Positions 27,140 to 36,628 of a stretch of DNA of 64,000 nt are shown piece after piece. The notes under the pieces are model-generated. The model saw nothing but the letters and a program-made list of their open reading frames with translations. It ran no database searches and was not told the origin of the DNA. The translations under genes were made by a program, and so were the position numbers. Source of the DNA: a virus; the IMG/VR virus record IMGVR_UViG_3300036715_003363; one strand, written 5' to 3'. Position 1 is the first letter of the stretch. The number at the start of each line of letters is the position of its first letter.

Positions 27140-27865
27140 ATGAAAACACAACATAGAAAACAAACCGAGGGCTTTTCCCTCATTGAGGTCGTTATTGGCC
27201 TCGTCGTCGCTGCCGTCTGCGTATTCTTTCTCCAGCGATTGCTTCCCAGCAGCCTGAGAGTTTCCGCGAATGCCACTGATCAGACAGCTGCCAGTAGTAT
27301 GATGACGGCAATTGCACAGGATCTCCGCAATACGCCTGCTGGCTCCTCCATCTCGCCGGGATTTGGAATCACGCTCCCAGTGAATACTACAAACTCCTCA
27401 GCACTCATCTCCACCAACCTCTACCTTTCGACAGATGGTCTAGGTGTTTTGTCACCTTCGCAGGCACGATATGCGGCAACGATATGGATGAGCAATGCCG
27501 CCTCAGCAACGGTCACCTCGCTCACCACAGCACGGATTAGGGTTACTTGGCCTGCAAGTGCATATGCGAGCAACGCTCTAGGTTCCGTGGAGACCATCAC
27601 CTCGTTTAATCGACAGTTGCAGCTTAACGGAGCGTATGTATCAAGTAAAGGAGCCGGGGCTTCTCCTATGAGGACGGGCAGTGACATTGATGGTCATGAC
27701 AATGGGAAGGGTAATAACTATCAAAATGAAGGAGTAGGTAATGGTGGAAGTACTGCTGGGTGCAATATGTGCAGTGGCTGCGGCGGTGGGTGTGGCGGCA
27801 ATTGCAGTAGCCATTGTCCTCAAGGTATGGTAACAAGAGATCATGGCAATGGACAGGACAGATAA
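27140..27865 (+). CDS. Prepilin-type N-methylation domain protein (resembles Verru_Chthon cassette protein B)
   Basis: Basic leader + G|FSLIEVVIG + hydrophobic helix + LLPSSLRVS..ATDQTAA; Cys/Gly-rich tail. Confidence 0.75.
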   Translation: MKTQHRKQTEGFSLIEVVIGLVVAAVCVFFLQRLLPSSLRVSANATDQTAASSMMTAIAQDLRNTPAGSSISPGFGITLPVNTTNSSALISTNLYLSTDGLGVLSPSQARYAATIWMSNAASATVTSLTTARIRVTWPASAYASNALGSVETITSFNRQLQLNGAYVSSKGAGASPMRTGSDIDGHDNGKGNNYQNEGVGNGGSTAGCNMCSGCGGGCGGNCSSHCPQGMVTRDHGNGQDR

Positions 27866-28070
27866 AAGAGATAGCAGATCAAGGAGTATAAGCAGAGTTA
27901 CTCTGATCGAACTGCTCGTAGTGGCTCTCTTGGTGATTTTGCTGAGCCAGATTATCAATCAGGCTTCTCAGACTAGTTCGCTCACTCCAGAACAGCAGGA
28001 GCAGGAGCTTCTTAATACTATCTATTATGATATGGTAACAAACGCTTGCAGCTCTTATAGACATCAATGA
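27843..28070 (+). CDS. Small pilin-like peptide
   Basis: TLIELLVVALLVILL motif but the G|F cleavage site is missing. Confidence 0.45.
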   Translation: MAMDRTDKRDSRSRSISRVTLIELLVVALLVILLSQIINQASQTSSLTPEQQEQELLNTIYYDMVTNACSSYRHQ

Positions 28071-28164
28071 GAATGTTCTTGCGTTCCTTTCATTGAGGAG
28101 CCATAATTTATGAACAATCGAAGGATTGTTCTAAACAAAATAAACAAAAACAAAACAAAATACA

Positions 28165-28524
28165 ATGAAATCAGTAATCCCACAAGAAGTCACTCAATAT
28201 CAGGCTGCCTACTTTGAGACCTTTGGTACTCTCCCTACTCCAGTCATTGAGTGTAATATCACTGGCCAGGCAGTTACTTGCTTTGGCACGAACCTCGCCA
28301 AAAAGGTCGAAATGGCTGGCTCCATTGAGAAGCTCTTGGAGACGTTCGTCGGCCGCGGCAACGCTCCGATGCTTGCAAAGCCAGCGAAGCCAGCGAAGAC
28401 TCCAGCGAAGCCAGTGAAGGCTCCATCAAAGGCTCCATCAAAGCCAGCGAAGAAGACTCCAAAGGGTAAAGTAGTGGCGACTCTCTCAGAGGCTAAGGTC
28501 GGAGATCTGGTCACACTTGAGTAG
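28165..28524 (+). CDS. Protein with AKP/Lys-Pro-Ala-rich basic tail, paralogous to 25908
   Basis: ECNITGQAVTCFGTNL..K...AGS.EKLLETF; histone H1-like PAKP repeats. Confidence 0.65.
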   Translation: MKSVIPQEVTQYQAAYFETFGTLPTPVIECNITGQAVTCFGTNLAKKVEMAGSIEKLLETFVGRGNAPMLAKPAKPAKTPAKPVKAPSKAPSKPAKKTPKGKVVATLSEAKVGDLVTLE

Positions 28525-28529
28525 GTTCT

Positions 28530-28613
28530 CCAATCGGGCTCTAATCCTGCCGCTCATCCAAGAAGACAATGAAGTTTGAGCAACTAGAGGAAAGCAGGAT
28601 TAGAGCTGATTGG
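28530..28613 (+). ncRNA. Long stem-loop (20-bp inverted repeat)
   Basis: ccaatcgggctctaatcctgc / gcaggattagagctgattgg enclosing 43 nt. Confidence 0.5.
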
Positions 28614-28765
28614 TTCTGTGTTCATGACGATGCGATGATGTGCAGTTGTCCTTGAGAGACGCGGTTGTCCCGGGTGATTCGCAGAGTATTGAGTGGATAA
28701 TGCGAAAGTTAGAGTAAGAAGCGGATTTTAGTTGACTTCCAGGCCCGGCACTCTATTATTAATAT

Positions 28766-29143
28766 ATGAGCCTTTACATATACCTTATGGGAGAATCTGT
28801 AACAACAGATTGCGAATGTATTGATTGCGGGCATAAGCATTCAAGAACATCCAGAGAGAAGTTGTTCCGAGCAAACATTACTCATAACTTATCATTAATG
28901 GCCTCAGAGGCTGGATTATATCTTCCTCTTTGGCATCCAGAGAATCTCATGAGCCAGAAGGCAAAGGATTTAATCCCAGAGGTTGAGAAAGGACTTCAAA
29001 GTTTACTACTCTCTCCGGAGTTCTATAAAACATTTAACGATGAAAACGGCTGGGGAGTGTACGAACACTTTGTTTCTTTTGTTGAGAGATGCCTAGAGGC
29101 TTTTAAAGAATTCCCAGAGGCAACTGTGGAGACATCAACTTAA
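28766..29143 (+). CDS. Hypothetical phage protein
   Basis: ANITHNL..MASEAGLY..LWHPE...NGWG.YE.F pattern; own promoter. Confidence 0.65.
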   Translation: MSLYIYLMGESVTTDCECIDCGHKHSRTSREKLFRANITHNLSLMASEAGLYLPLWHPENLMSQKAKDLIPEVEKGLQSLLLSPEFYKTFNDENGWGVYEHFVSFVERCLEAFKEFPEATVETST

Positions 29144-29147
29144 TAAT

Positions 29148-29462
29148 ATGAGTGTATATCATACTCTAACACCCAAGGAGGTCCAACTACTCTCTTCTTT
29201 TTCATATAAGAAGAGTGATTCACTTACACATTTCGAAGATGTTAAGCGGAACGAAGTGTTGGACGAAGAGTTGAGTGAGCGGTGTATGATCTGCAACAAG
29301 GAGAAAGGGCAGCATCGCGCCGGTGTCCCTCATTCTTGTCCTCTACCAAGTTTTAACAGTGTTTGGAGTGGCTGGTCATCAGAAAATGAATTTGTATCTT
29401 TGCTGAGTACTCTAAAGAAAGAGACTGCGGAAACGTTTAAAGATATTGTCAATGACTTATAA
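29148..29462 (+). CDS. Hypothetical protein with TFxDIxxEL-type C-terminus
   Basis: Ends ETFKDIVNDL. Confidence 0.6.
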   Translation: MSVYHTLTPKEVQLLSSFSYKKSDSLTHFEDVKRNEVLDEELSERCMICNKEKGQHRAGVPHSCPLPSFNSVWSGWSSENEFVSLLSTLKKETAETFKDIVNDL

Positions 29463-29482
29463 ATTGAAAATACTATTGAACT

Positions 29483-29719
29483 ATGATAATTAATGATATG
29501 GCTAAACCAACAGAAACAGAACTACTCATTGCTGAGATTGAAAGATTAACTAAAAACAGATCAGAACTGATCGCTGCATATGAAGATCTTGTAAGTCTTC
29601 TCGGCGCTGAGATTCAAGAAACTGCTCCTCTTGCTTTTCAGGCAATGAACGGCAAATGGAAGTCTCGCAGAGTACATGCCGGTTTTGCGGCGCGCGAGAG
29701 AGTTGATAGACTCAAGTAA
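29483..29719 (+). CDS. Hypothetical protein
   Basis: TAATG coupling to the next gene. Confidence 0.5.
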   Translation: MIINDMAKPTETELLIAEIERLTKNRSELIAAYEDLVSLLGAEIQETAPLAFQAMNGKWKSRRVHAGFAARERVDRLK

Positions 29720-29952
29720 TGACTGATTCTAAACAAATTTGTATGGGGTGCGGACATGAAAGAGATATGCACTACGTAGTGCACTGCACTGTGCACAGTA
29801 ATATGAACGGCACAGATTATACAATTGTATGTCCAAGTGAGAGGGGAGCACTCAAAGCGTTATTTGATACAAGGAACGGCACATTCACACCACGACCAGT
29901 TCTTTCAGACGAGGCAGAGGAAACATTTGGAGATATAATCGATGAGCTCTAA
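29719..29952 (+). CDS. Hypothetical protein with TFxDIxxEL C-terminus
   Basis: Ends ETFGDIIDEL. Confidence 0.6.
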   Translation: MTDSKQICMGCGHERDMHYVVHCTVHSNMNGTDYTIVCPSERGALKALFDTRNGTFTPRPVLSDEAEETFGDIIDEL

Positions 29953-30262
29953 CGAATATATTAACGATGAGGAATATAATAAGAGGCTCGATCACTGGAG
30001 AGACTCTTTAATGGTAGGTGATCGAGTAATTTTTCAGACCAGATACGGACTCAAAGAGGGTACTATACATGACAGTCGAGCTACTCGCTATAAAAATATT
30101 AAAGCTGACCAAAGATATTCTTGGATTAGTATTGATGAGAGTAATTGTGGTTCACCGCCGTTTGTGGCATTTAATTGCTATCCAACAAAGCATGATGAGG
30201 TAACTCTTAGACTCTCTGCAGGCGCACTAAAAACATTTGGAGATATAATCAATGAACTTTAA
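29942..30262 (+). CDS. Hypothetical protein with TFxDIxxEL C-terminus
   Basis: Ends KTFGDIINEL. Confidence 0.6.
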   Translation: MSSNEYINDEEYNKRLDHWRDSLMVGDRVIFQTRYGLKEGTIHDSRATRYKNIKADQRYSWISIDESNCGSPPFVAFNCYPTKHDEVTLRLSAGALKTFGDIINEL

Positions 30263-30461
30263 AGTTTTTTTTACTGCACTCATAAAGGACAAGCCGCCCG
30301 AAAAGAATTCGAAGGCTGATGCAGGCTATGTTCCTGTATGTTTAAATGAACAATACTGCAAGGACTGTACAATGTGGAGAGAGCCGAATCAATGCACTGC
30401 AGTTCGCGGATTAATTGAAAGAGAGGCATCTTGCAATTGGTGGAGAAAAGGAGATATATAA
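30252..30461 (+). CDS. Small Cys-rich protein (HiPIP-like Cys spacing)
   Basis: KADAGY...CKDCTMW...C..V.G.I...ASCNWW. Confidence 0.45.
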   Translation: MNFKVFFTALIKDKPPEKNSKADAGYVPVCLNEQYCKDCTMWREPNQCTAVRGLIEREASCNWWRKGDI

Positions 30462-30501
30462 TTTTATTGCCGTTCCGTAATAAATATAATATAACCATTA
30501 T

Positions 30502-30837
30502 ATGAAATCAAAAGATCAAACTCTACTCGAAGAAGCATACAAGCGCATTTATGAATCCGCCGGCGAAGTTACATCTGGAGATGGAGGAGAGTATGAAGAT
30601 TCTCCTGATATGAGCGCAAAGCGTGATGAACATCTTGAAAAAGCTGAAAACTACATTCACGTTCTTAGAAGCCGCGGATGGAAACAAGCATCAGCTCCCG
30701 CAGAAGGAAAATCAGGTCTTTATAAGTATACAAAAGGTAAGAACGTTGTTTCAATTGAAAAGACTCTTGACGGTAGAGTCTCCGTTGTTATCAATGGAGA
30801 GCCATTTACCGGTAAAATTAATAAATTAAAAGCCTAA
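30502..30837 (+). CDS. Hypothetical protein, possibly head-associated
   Basis: N-terminus MKSKDQTLLEEAY, typical of T4-like late proteins. Confidence 0.6.
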   Translation: MKSKDQTLLEEAYKRIYESAGEVTSGDGGEYEDSPDMSAKRDEHLEKAENYIHVLRSRGWKQASAPAEGKSGLYKYTKGKNVVSIEKTLDGRVSVVINGEPFTGKINKLKA

Positions 30838-30922
30838 CAATCGTTACGCTTAAACCGGCAGTATTAACATCTATTATGATAATAGATGAATTATAAGAGC
30901 ACTTCATTAAATAATATATTCA

Positions 30923-31657
30923 ATGCATCTTCTCCAGGAAATTAATAACATCTACGATATCTACAGATCAATGATATTATTTGAGACAGAGTCGGGTAAT
31001 AATATCAATGGAATTGATCCAAAGACTTGGGCGAAACTTGAGCTCACCATTCGTCGCTGTAAGTACGCGCTCATGAGGAAGAGTGTCTTTATTGGTAATG
31101 TTCTTGCACGACTTAAGATTTGTTTTACGAATGATATTGATACAATGGCTGTTGATGATTACGGAAACATTTATATTAGCCCGAAGTTTGCTCTTTCAAT
31201 CTCTGAGGACGAAGTTACTGCAGTCTTAGCTCATGAAGCGTTCCACATTATTAATATGACTTTCTTTAGAAAGCGTGGAAGAGATCATGAGCTTTGGAAC
31301 ATCGCAACAGATTATTTGATGAACATGTATCTCCTTCAGGATGGATTTAAACTTCCTGAATGTGGTTGTAACCCAGTTAAAAAAGGTGATCGCTGGGTAA
31401 TTCCAGTACTCAGAGGAACGAAAGAGATTAAGGATACGGATATCACAGAACTTTCTGCTGATGATTTATATAATATCTTATATAGTATTGCTGTACCTCG
31501 GAATAAAGGAGGAGGCGACAGTTCAATTAATGTTGGGGATGTTGTTTACGATGAAACCACTAAAAAATATGGTGTTGTAACGAGCATCAATCCAAAGACT
31601 AACAAAGTTCAATCACGTGAAATACCTGAATCAGAAGTGGAGAGACATTTAAAATAA
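30923..31657 (+). CDS. Zn metallopeptidase-like protein (DUF2201 N-terminal type)
   Basis: TMAVD..GNIYI, VLAHEAFH, WNIATDY.MN. Confidence 0.8.
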   Translation: MHLLQEINNIYDIYRSMILFETESGNNINGIDPKTWAKLELTIRRCKYALMRKSVFIGNVLARLKICFTNDIDTMAVDDYGNIYISPKFALSISEDEVTAVLAHEAFHIINMTFFRKRGRDHELWNIATDYLMNMYLLQDGFKLPECGCNPVKKGDRWVIPVLRGTKEIKDTDITELSADDLYNILYSIAVPRNKGGGDSSINVGDVVYDETTKKYGVVTSINPKTNKVQSREIPESEVERHLK

Positions 31658-32601
31658 TGGAATCAAATTTAACAGATCTTAAGAAAGTTGTTCGAGTCGA
31701 CGCCGGCGGTGGCGGTAGAGTAGCTCCAGATAACGTTAAGCCTTGGGGAAAGTCGAGCTCGCCACCGCAGCCCGGTGAGAAGAAGATTACAAAGGGCGGT
31801 GATACTCTTGACGATCACTTAGAGGGCGGTGATAAGAAACCAGATGTCCTTGATACTCCGGATGACTCTGATGAATTTAAACCTAGCGACGGCAGTGAAA
31901 AAACCGAGCAAGAAAAAATTGCAGATATGAAGGAAAAGATTACAGGTGCTCTTCAGGAGGCTGAAAAGGCAAGGGGTAGCGGAGGAGGAGCTCCTCGTTG
32001 GTTTGATAAGAAAATTTTTGCTCCGAAAACAAACTGGAAGAAAGTTCTTCGCGATTATATCACAAAGAGTTCAAAGCATGCTTATGATTGGGGTCGCCCA
32101 AATAAAAGAGCACTAGCTGCTGGCTATTACGCTCCAAAGAATACAACTTTAAAGAGTGATTTGGAGGCTGTGATTGCCATTGACACTTCTGGGTCCATGA
32201 CACAGCCAGTACTTACAACGTTTGTGAGTGAAATCGTTGGAATTGTTCGCTCAGTTAAAAACGCCAAGCTCACAATTCTTTTGTGGCATGATGAGGTTTA
32301 CAGGCAATTCGAAATTGATTCTAGTAAAACTGATTCGGGAATGATTCCATCTGTAATTAACGCCGCCAATCCACAATCCGGCGGCACCAAATTAAGTTGT
32401 ATTGATCAATACTTTAAAAAGAACGCAATTAAGACTGATAAATTAAACTTACTAATCCTCACTGACGGACAAGTTGAATCAAATCCAATTCTCCCAAGAA
32501 CACAAAAGAGACCTATTTTCCTTATTAACAGCGACTCCGGAACGGATGAAATGTTAAAGGGAAGGGGTGAAATATACTTTGTAGACATAGGACATAAATA
32601 A
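31657..32601 (+). CDS. VWA-domain protein (DUF2201 C-terminal type)
   Basis: NWKKVLRDY, RPNKR, MIDAS AIDTSGSM, GGT, LTDG. Confidence 0.85.
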   Translation: MESNLTDLKKVVRVDAGGGGRVAPDNVKPWGKSSSPPQPGEKKITKGGDTLDDHLEGGDKKPDVLDTPDDSDEFKPSDGSEKTEQEKIADMKEKITGALQEAEKARGSGGGAPRWFDKKIFAPKTNWKKVLRDYITKSSKHAYDWGRPNKRALAAGYYAPKNTTLKSDLEAVIAIDTSGSMTQPVLTTFVSEIVGIVRSVKNAKLTILLWHDEVYRQFEIDSSKTDSGMIPSVINAANPQSGGTKLSCIDQYFKKNAIKTDKLNLLILTDGQVESNPILPRTQKRPIFLINSDSGTDEMLKGRGEIYFVDIGHK

Positions 32602-32621
32602 AATAAATAAACAAACAAACA

Positions 32622-34304
32622 ATGTCAAAGAACAAATCAGAACTTAGAGGTCTTCAGTCCGCGTACTCGCGCGTTAACGAAGCAGACGAATCGTCAAACC
32701 CGGCAATTACCGCAGCTGCTCAACAGATTGCAGGAAAAGTTGAGGCGGGATTAAAGTCAAAGTCAAAGGCTCCCGTCGGACCAGCTAATCCGGAGAAAAA
32801 GAAGATTGGATATTTTGATGTTAAGAATCCTGGATCATGGTCTGCTGTGGAGACTCCTCCCGGTGATGAAGGATTTAACATTGGTACTTGGAACGGCTAT
32901 AAGACACTTGTCATTGACTTAGTTCGCGCCTATCACGCAGATCCAAAAGAGAATCTTCTCGTTTATGGTGATGCAGGTATCGGTAAGAGTGCAACTGTTC
33001 TTCAGGTTTGTAGAAGAATGGCTGAAGAAGAAGGCAAAGAGTTTGCAAATTGGGGTAAGTCTTCTTCTGAAAAGAAGATGGATATGATGAACCATCCTGA
33101 GAAATATTTTGCATTAGTTGATATTCGTACTGCGGGTCTTGAGCCATCAGATATCGTTGGTATACCAAATATCAATTCAGCAAAGGATTACCTTGAAGTA
33201 AAGCAAGGTCCGTGGATCTATTTTATCTCGCGTCCTGAAGCTTCAGGATTTATTTTCTTTGATGAAATTAACCAGGGATCTGAGCAAGTTCTTAAGGCCT
33301 TCTTTGAGGTTGTGTACGATAAGTCCGCTGCTGGAACTCCGATTTCAGATCGCATGTCTATTGTTGCCGCTGGTAACCTTGGAGGCATTTATAACAATGC
33401 CGATCTTCCTCCAGCTTTAACAGATCGCTTTACTGCTGGGTTCCTTATTGTTGATAGTCATGCATGGCTTCGTTGGGCTGAGGGAAGCGATGATGGCGAT
33501 GATGATGTTGATTCTCTCGTTGCAAGTACTTCACGACTTGCAACGGTTGCAAAAAATCCTGGATTAAAAGCTCCTCGACTTGATCCTCTTATTCTTGGAT
33601 TTGTAAAATCTAATCCAACTGAAAACTTTAACTTTAAGCCAGTTCATGGGCAACCTTCAAACAAGCTTCCAACCCCTCGTAGTATGACTGCGCTTACAAG
33701 GTCTCTACACAAGATTTATCAGGACTACTATCACGTTGAAAACACTGAGGATTTTGCTCATTTTAATGCTGAACCAATGATGCAGGCCATGGCCAGAAAA
33801 GCAGCTCATATCTGCGGCCCTCACTGGGGTAATGCATTTATGGCCTTTGTTGAGCATATGTGGAAACTCACTCTAGAAAAAGTTCTCGGTCACGCTGAGC
33901 GTGGTGAGCTTGGAGCAAAATCTAAAGCATATGTTGGTGCTGGGATGACTCACGCAATCATGCGTTGGCTTACTGAGAAGATTCGTGTAACAGTTGAGAG
34001 CATTAAGGCTGGAAACCCTGCTAATGCTGAAGATGAAAAGATTCTTACTGCAGTAGCTATTATTTCAAACCATCTTGCAAAAACTGCTCCGGAGTGGCTT
34101 GCAACTCTCTGGTCAACGTTTAAATATGAAATGCCGGATGAATGGGCTGTGATTCTGGAGTATCTAGAAAGCGGCAAATATGATGATAAAATCAAAAAAG
34201 AATTTAAGACTACAACACTCAATAAGCTAAAACTTTCAATTACTGATATTAGTAACATTACCTATGACTCAAACGGCCAGCCACAGCTTAAACCTAAAAA
34301 ATAA
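32622..34304 (+). CDS. MoxR/dynein-related AAA+ ATPase
   Basis: YGDAGIGKS Walker A, FFDEINQG Walker B, AAGN, LPPALTDRF, PTPRS. Confidence 0.85.
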   Translation: MSKNKSELRGLQSAYSRVNEADESSNPAITAAAQQIAGKVEAGLKSKSKAPVGPANPEKKKIGYFDVKNPGSWSAVETPPGDEGFNIGTWNGYKTLVIDLVRAYHADPKENLLVYGDAGIGKSATVLQVCRRMAEEEGKEFANWGKSSSEKKMDMMNHPEKYFALVDIRTAGLEPSDIVGIPNINSAKDYLEVKQGPWIYFISRPEASGFIFFDEINQGSEQVLKAFFEVVYDKSAAGTPISDRMSIVAAGNLGGIYNNADLPPALTDRFTAGFLIVDSHAWLRWAEGSDDGDDDVDSLVASTSRLATVAKNPGLKAPRLDPLILGFVKSNPTENFNFKPVHGQPSNKLPTPRSMTALTRSLHKIYQDYYHVENTEDFAHFNAEPMMQAMARKAAHICGPHWGNAFMAFVEHMWKLTLEKVLGHAERGELGAKSKAYVGAGMTHAIMRWLTEKIRVTVESIKAGNPANAEDEKILTAVAIISNHLAKTAPEWLATLWSTFKYEMPDEWAVILEYLESGKYDDKIKKEFKTTTLNKLKLSITDISNITYDSNGQPQLKPKK

Positions 34305-34307
34305 TCA

Positions 34308-34775
34308 ATGAACAAAAAAGAATTAAAACATTTAGCAGAAGCTCACTACTTCACAGGTCAGAAACTATCTGACGAACAGTATAATGAATTAAGAGAATCA
34401 GAGTATTCTCATGTCATTGCAATTCGTTCAAAATTTGACGAACTTCTTCAAGAAGCTCTTCCGGAAGAAGTCTCTCATAAATTACCTGATGCGTATGCAA
34501 AAAGAAAACATTCTGGGTTTCATGTTGGAGTTGATAAAAATGCCGCTGATCATCTTATTGATACTGTTGAGGATCATTTCAATCTTGGTATTACCAACAC
34601 ATCAACTCGCAAGTATTTATCTGTTAACATCGAAGAGCTAAAGAGCTTTATTCTTAATCATATCGACGATGAAGGAGTAGATAAAGTTACGAGCGAACAT
34701 GCTCATAATATTGTTGATAAGCAGGGTGCTGATGTATATGATGTTATGAAGGGATTGTATTCTCTCGGCTCGTAA
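34308..34775 (+). CDS. Hypothetical protein
   Basis: Co-oriented; N-terminus MNKKELKHLAEAH. Confidence 0.55.
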   Translation: MNKKELKHLAEAHYFTGQKLSDEQYNELRESEYSHVIAIRSKFDELLQEALPEEVSHKLPDAYAKRKHSGFHVGVDKNAADHLIDTVEDHFNLGITNTSTRKYLSVNIEELKSFILNHIDDEGVDKVTSEHAHNIVDKQGADVYDVMKGLYSLGS

Positions 34776-34795
34776 TTGATTAAGCGCGAATACTG

Positions 34796-35794
34796 CTAGC
34801 GAGATTTAAACTTAACTTCAGCATCAAGTCCTTTAAAGGAGTTCTTAACAAAGAACGAGTATGGTATTTCATCTGTTGATAAATGACAACAAATTTCATT
34901 TACATCTTTAAACTTACTCATCTTCTTAGGCCATATTAGTACGCGCCCACCGCGCTTAATTGTTTTAATAACTTGAGATTCCATCTCTTCGTTGTTTTTA
35001 TCATTATCAAAAACATATATAACTTCATGTCCAATACATGTTTCTAAAAATTGATTCTGTCTATCTGTTCTTTTTGCTCCGCCAACAGCAACTCCATTTT
35101 TGCAAAACATGGCGTCAATCGGCCCCTCAAAAACGAAAATGTATGGAATGTCTTCTGATATTGTGTTTTCGCCGTATAGACACTTTTCTCCATACTTTGT
35201 AAGATATTTTGCGTCATTAGTATCAAGTAATAATCTTGATTGATAGCTTCCAATTTTTCCAGTGTTTGAGTAAAACGGAATAATAAGTCTATCCTTATGC
35301 ACAAAGTCATCAAAGGAGAGATATAATGATTTTGGTCTATTAACAGCAGTATCTAATCTCCTATCTTTAATGTAGTTCATAGCTCTCAGAACAATATCTC
35401 TATGAAAGCTTTCAATATAATAACTGACTTGTTTCTCATCAAATAGATTTACGGAGTCTTCTGGAATTGCTGGAACTATTTTTTTCGGAGTTCTGTCTTC
35501 CTCTCTAAGCATTTCCGAGGTGGTGTCGTAGCTTTCAGATTCGCGACATATTTCACTAAAGCTCTTTTGTGTTACTTCTTTTAGCCATTCAATTTCATTC
35601 CAAGAGCGAGTGCAGTTAAAACAATAAAAGAATCTATCTCTAGGATAGTAGAATAGTCTTCTCTTTCGTCCTGCTGAGGAGCCCTCATTGCATACACAGC
35701 ATTCCGCGTTGTAATCGCCTTGATACTTTTTGTATGTAGGTCTCTTACAGTACGTATAAAACGCTTGTATAACGTAGCTTTGAGGTAGTTCCAC
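34796..35794 (-). CDS. gp61: DNA primase (T4 gp61-like)
   Basis: Zn finger ECCVC...FYCFNC; TOPRIM FEGPIDAMF and FDND. Confidence 0.9.
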   Translation of the reverse strand: MELPQSYVIQAFYTYCKRPTYKKYQGDYNAECCVCNEGSSAGRKRRLFYYPRDRFFYCFNCTRSWNEIEWLKEVTQKSFSEICRESESYDTTSEMLREEDRTPKKIVPAIPEDSVNLFDEKQVSYYIESFHRDIVLRAMNYIKDRRLDTAVNRPKSLYLSFDDFVHKDRLIIPFYSNTGKIGSYQSRLLLDTNDAKYLTKYGEKCLYGENTISEDIPYIFVFEGPIDAMFCKNGVAVGGAKRTDRQNQFLETCIGHEVIYVFDNDKNNEEMESQVIKTIKRGGRVLIWPKKMSKFKDVNEICCHLSTDEIPYSFFVKNSFKGLDAEVKFKSR

Positions 35795-35824
35795 ACCTCA
35801 TTATAATCTCAAATTAGATTAATT

Positions 35825-36247
35825 CTAGCGAAAAGCTCTCTGAGAGGTTGACTGATTGATATTACCTGCTACAATATCGCGCTTGCGCTTCGAAGAATTA
35901 ATAATAAAGCCCTTCAGTGTTTCAGATAGAGAGCGAACTGATTCGGCGATGCTGATAATGTCAGAGGATGTCTCGCGCGAGATTCCTTGAAATACACTTC
36001 CAGCGACGTCAATATCATTTACATACTGCTGTAGAGATCCGCCTTCAGTACTATTTAGTTCATCAGCAAATGTCTCAAGCTTTTCAATATACTCTTCAAT
36101 TGAAGTTCCGCCTTCATGTGATGGTGATGTTGGAACTGGAGCAGGCTCAACATCGTATCCGTCTGGCACTGGTTCGTCGTCATTGTGTACCTCTGGAAGT
36201 TCTAGATCTTTAGATTCGAACAGATAATTGTATAGTGCATTAAACTT
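35825..36247 (-). CDS. Hypothetical acidic protein
   Basis: Probable start MKFNALYNYLFES (M11 of the ORF-track call). Confidence 0.55.
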   Translation of the reverse strand, partial: KFNALYNYLFESKDLELPEVHNDDEPVPDGYDVEPAPVPTSPSHEGGTSIEEYIEKLETFADELNSTEGGSLQQYVNDIDVAGSVFQGISRETSSDIISIAESVRSLSETLKGFIINSSKRKRDIVAGNINQSTSQRAFR

Positions 36248-36271
36248 CATAATAGCTAAGTATATATACTT

Positions 36272-36628
36272 ATGCATCTATGGGATAAGATCATTATAAA
36301 TTCTCTCTCAATTACTAGTTTATTAATAATTTGGTTTAAAACTGACGCGTTTGTTAGTTACTGTCAGCTCTTTAATTGGTTGAATCCAATCAAAGACTAT
36401 ATTGCGAATCCAACAGAATTAAGTTATCCTCAGTTTTTATACATTAACAAAGACCTTTTAGCTAAAAATAAAACAAACTTGTTTCTCATTAAGCTCATCA
36501 GTTGTCCCTTGTGTGTAACGCTCTGGCTGAGTCTTGCTATATGTACTATAACAGGAGTACCCTTTCTTTTTTTGGCTGTATACTGCGCTGCTCTTATAGT
36601 ATATCAATTAACATCTAGGATAATTTGA
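36272..36628 (+). CDS. Membrane protein with CPxC motif
   Basis: Hydrophobic helices; LISCPLCVTLW. Confidence 0.5.
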   Translation: MHLWDKIIINSLSITSLLIIWFKTDAFVSYCQLFNWLNPIKDYIANPTELSYPQFLYINKDLLAKNKTNLFLIKLISCPLCVTLWLSLAICTITGVPFLFLAVYCAALIVYQLTSRII

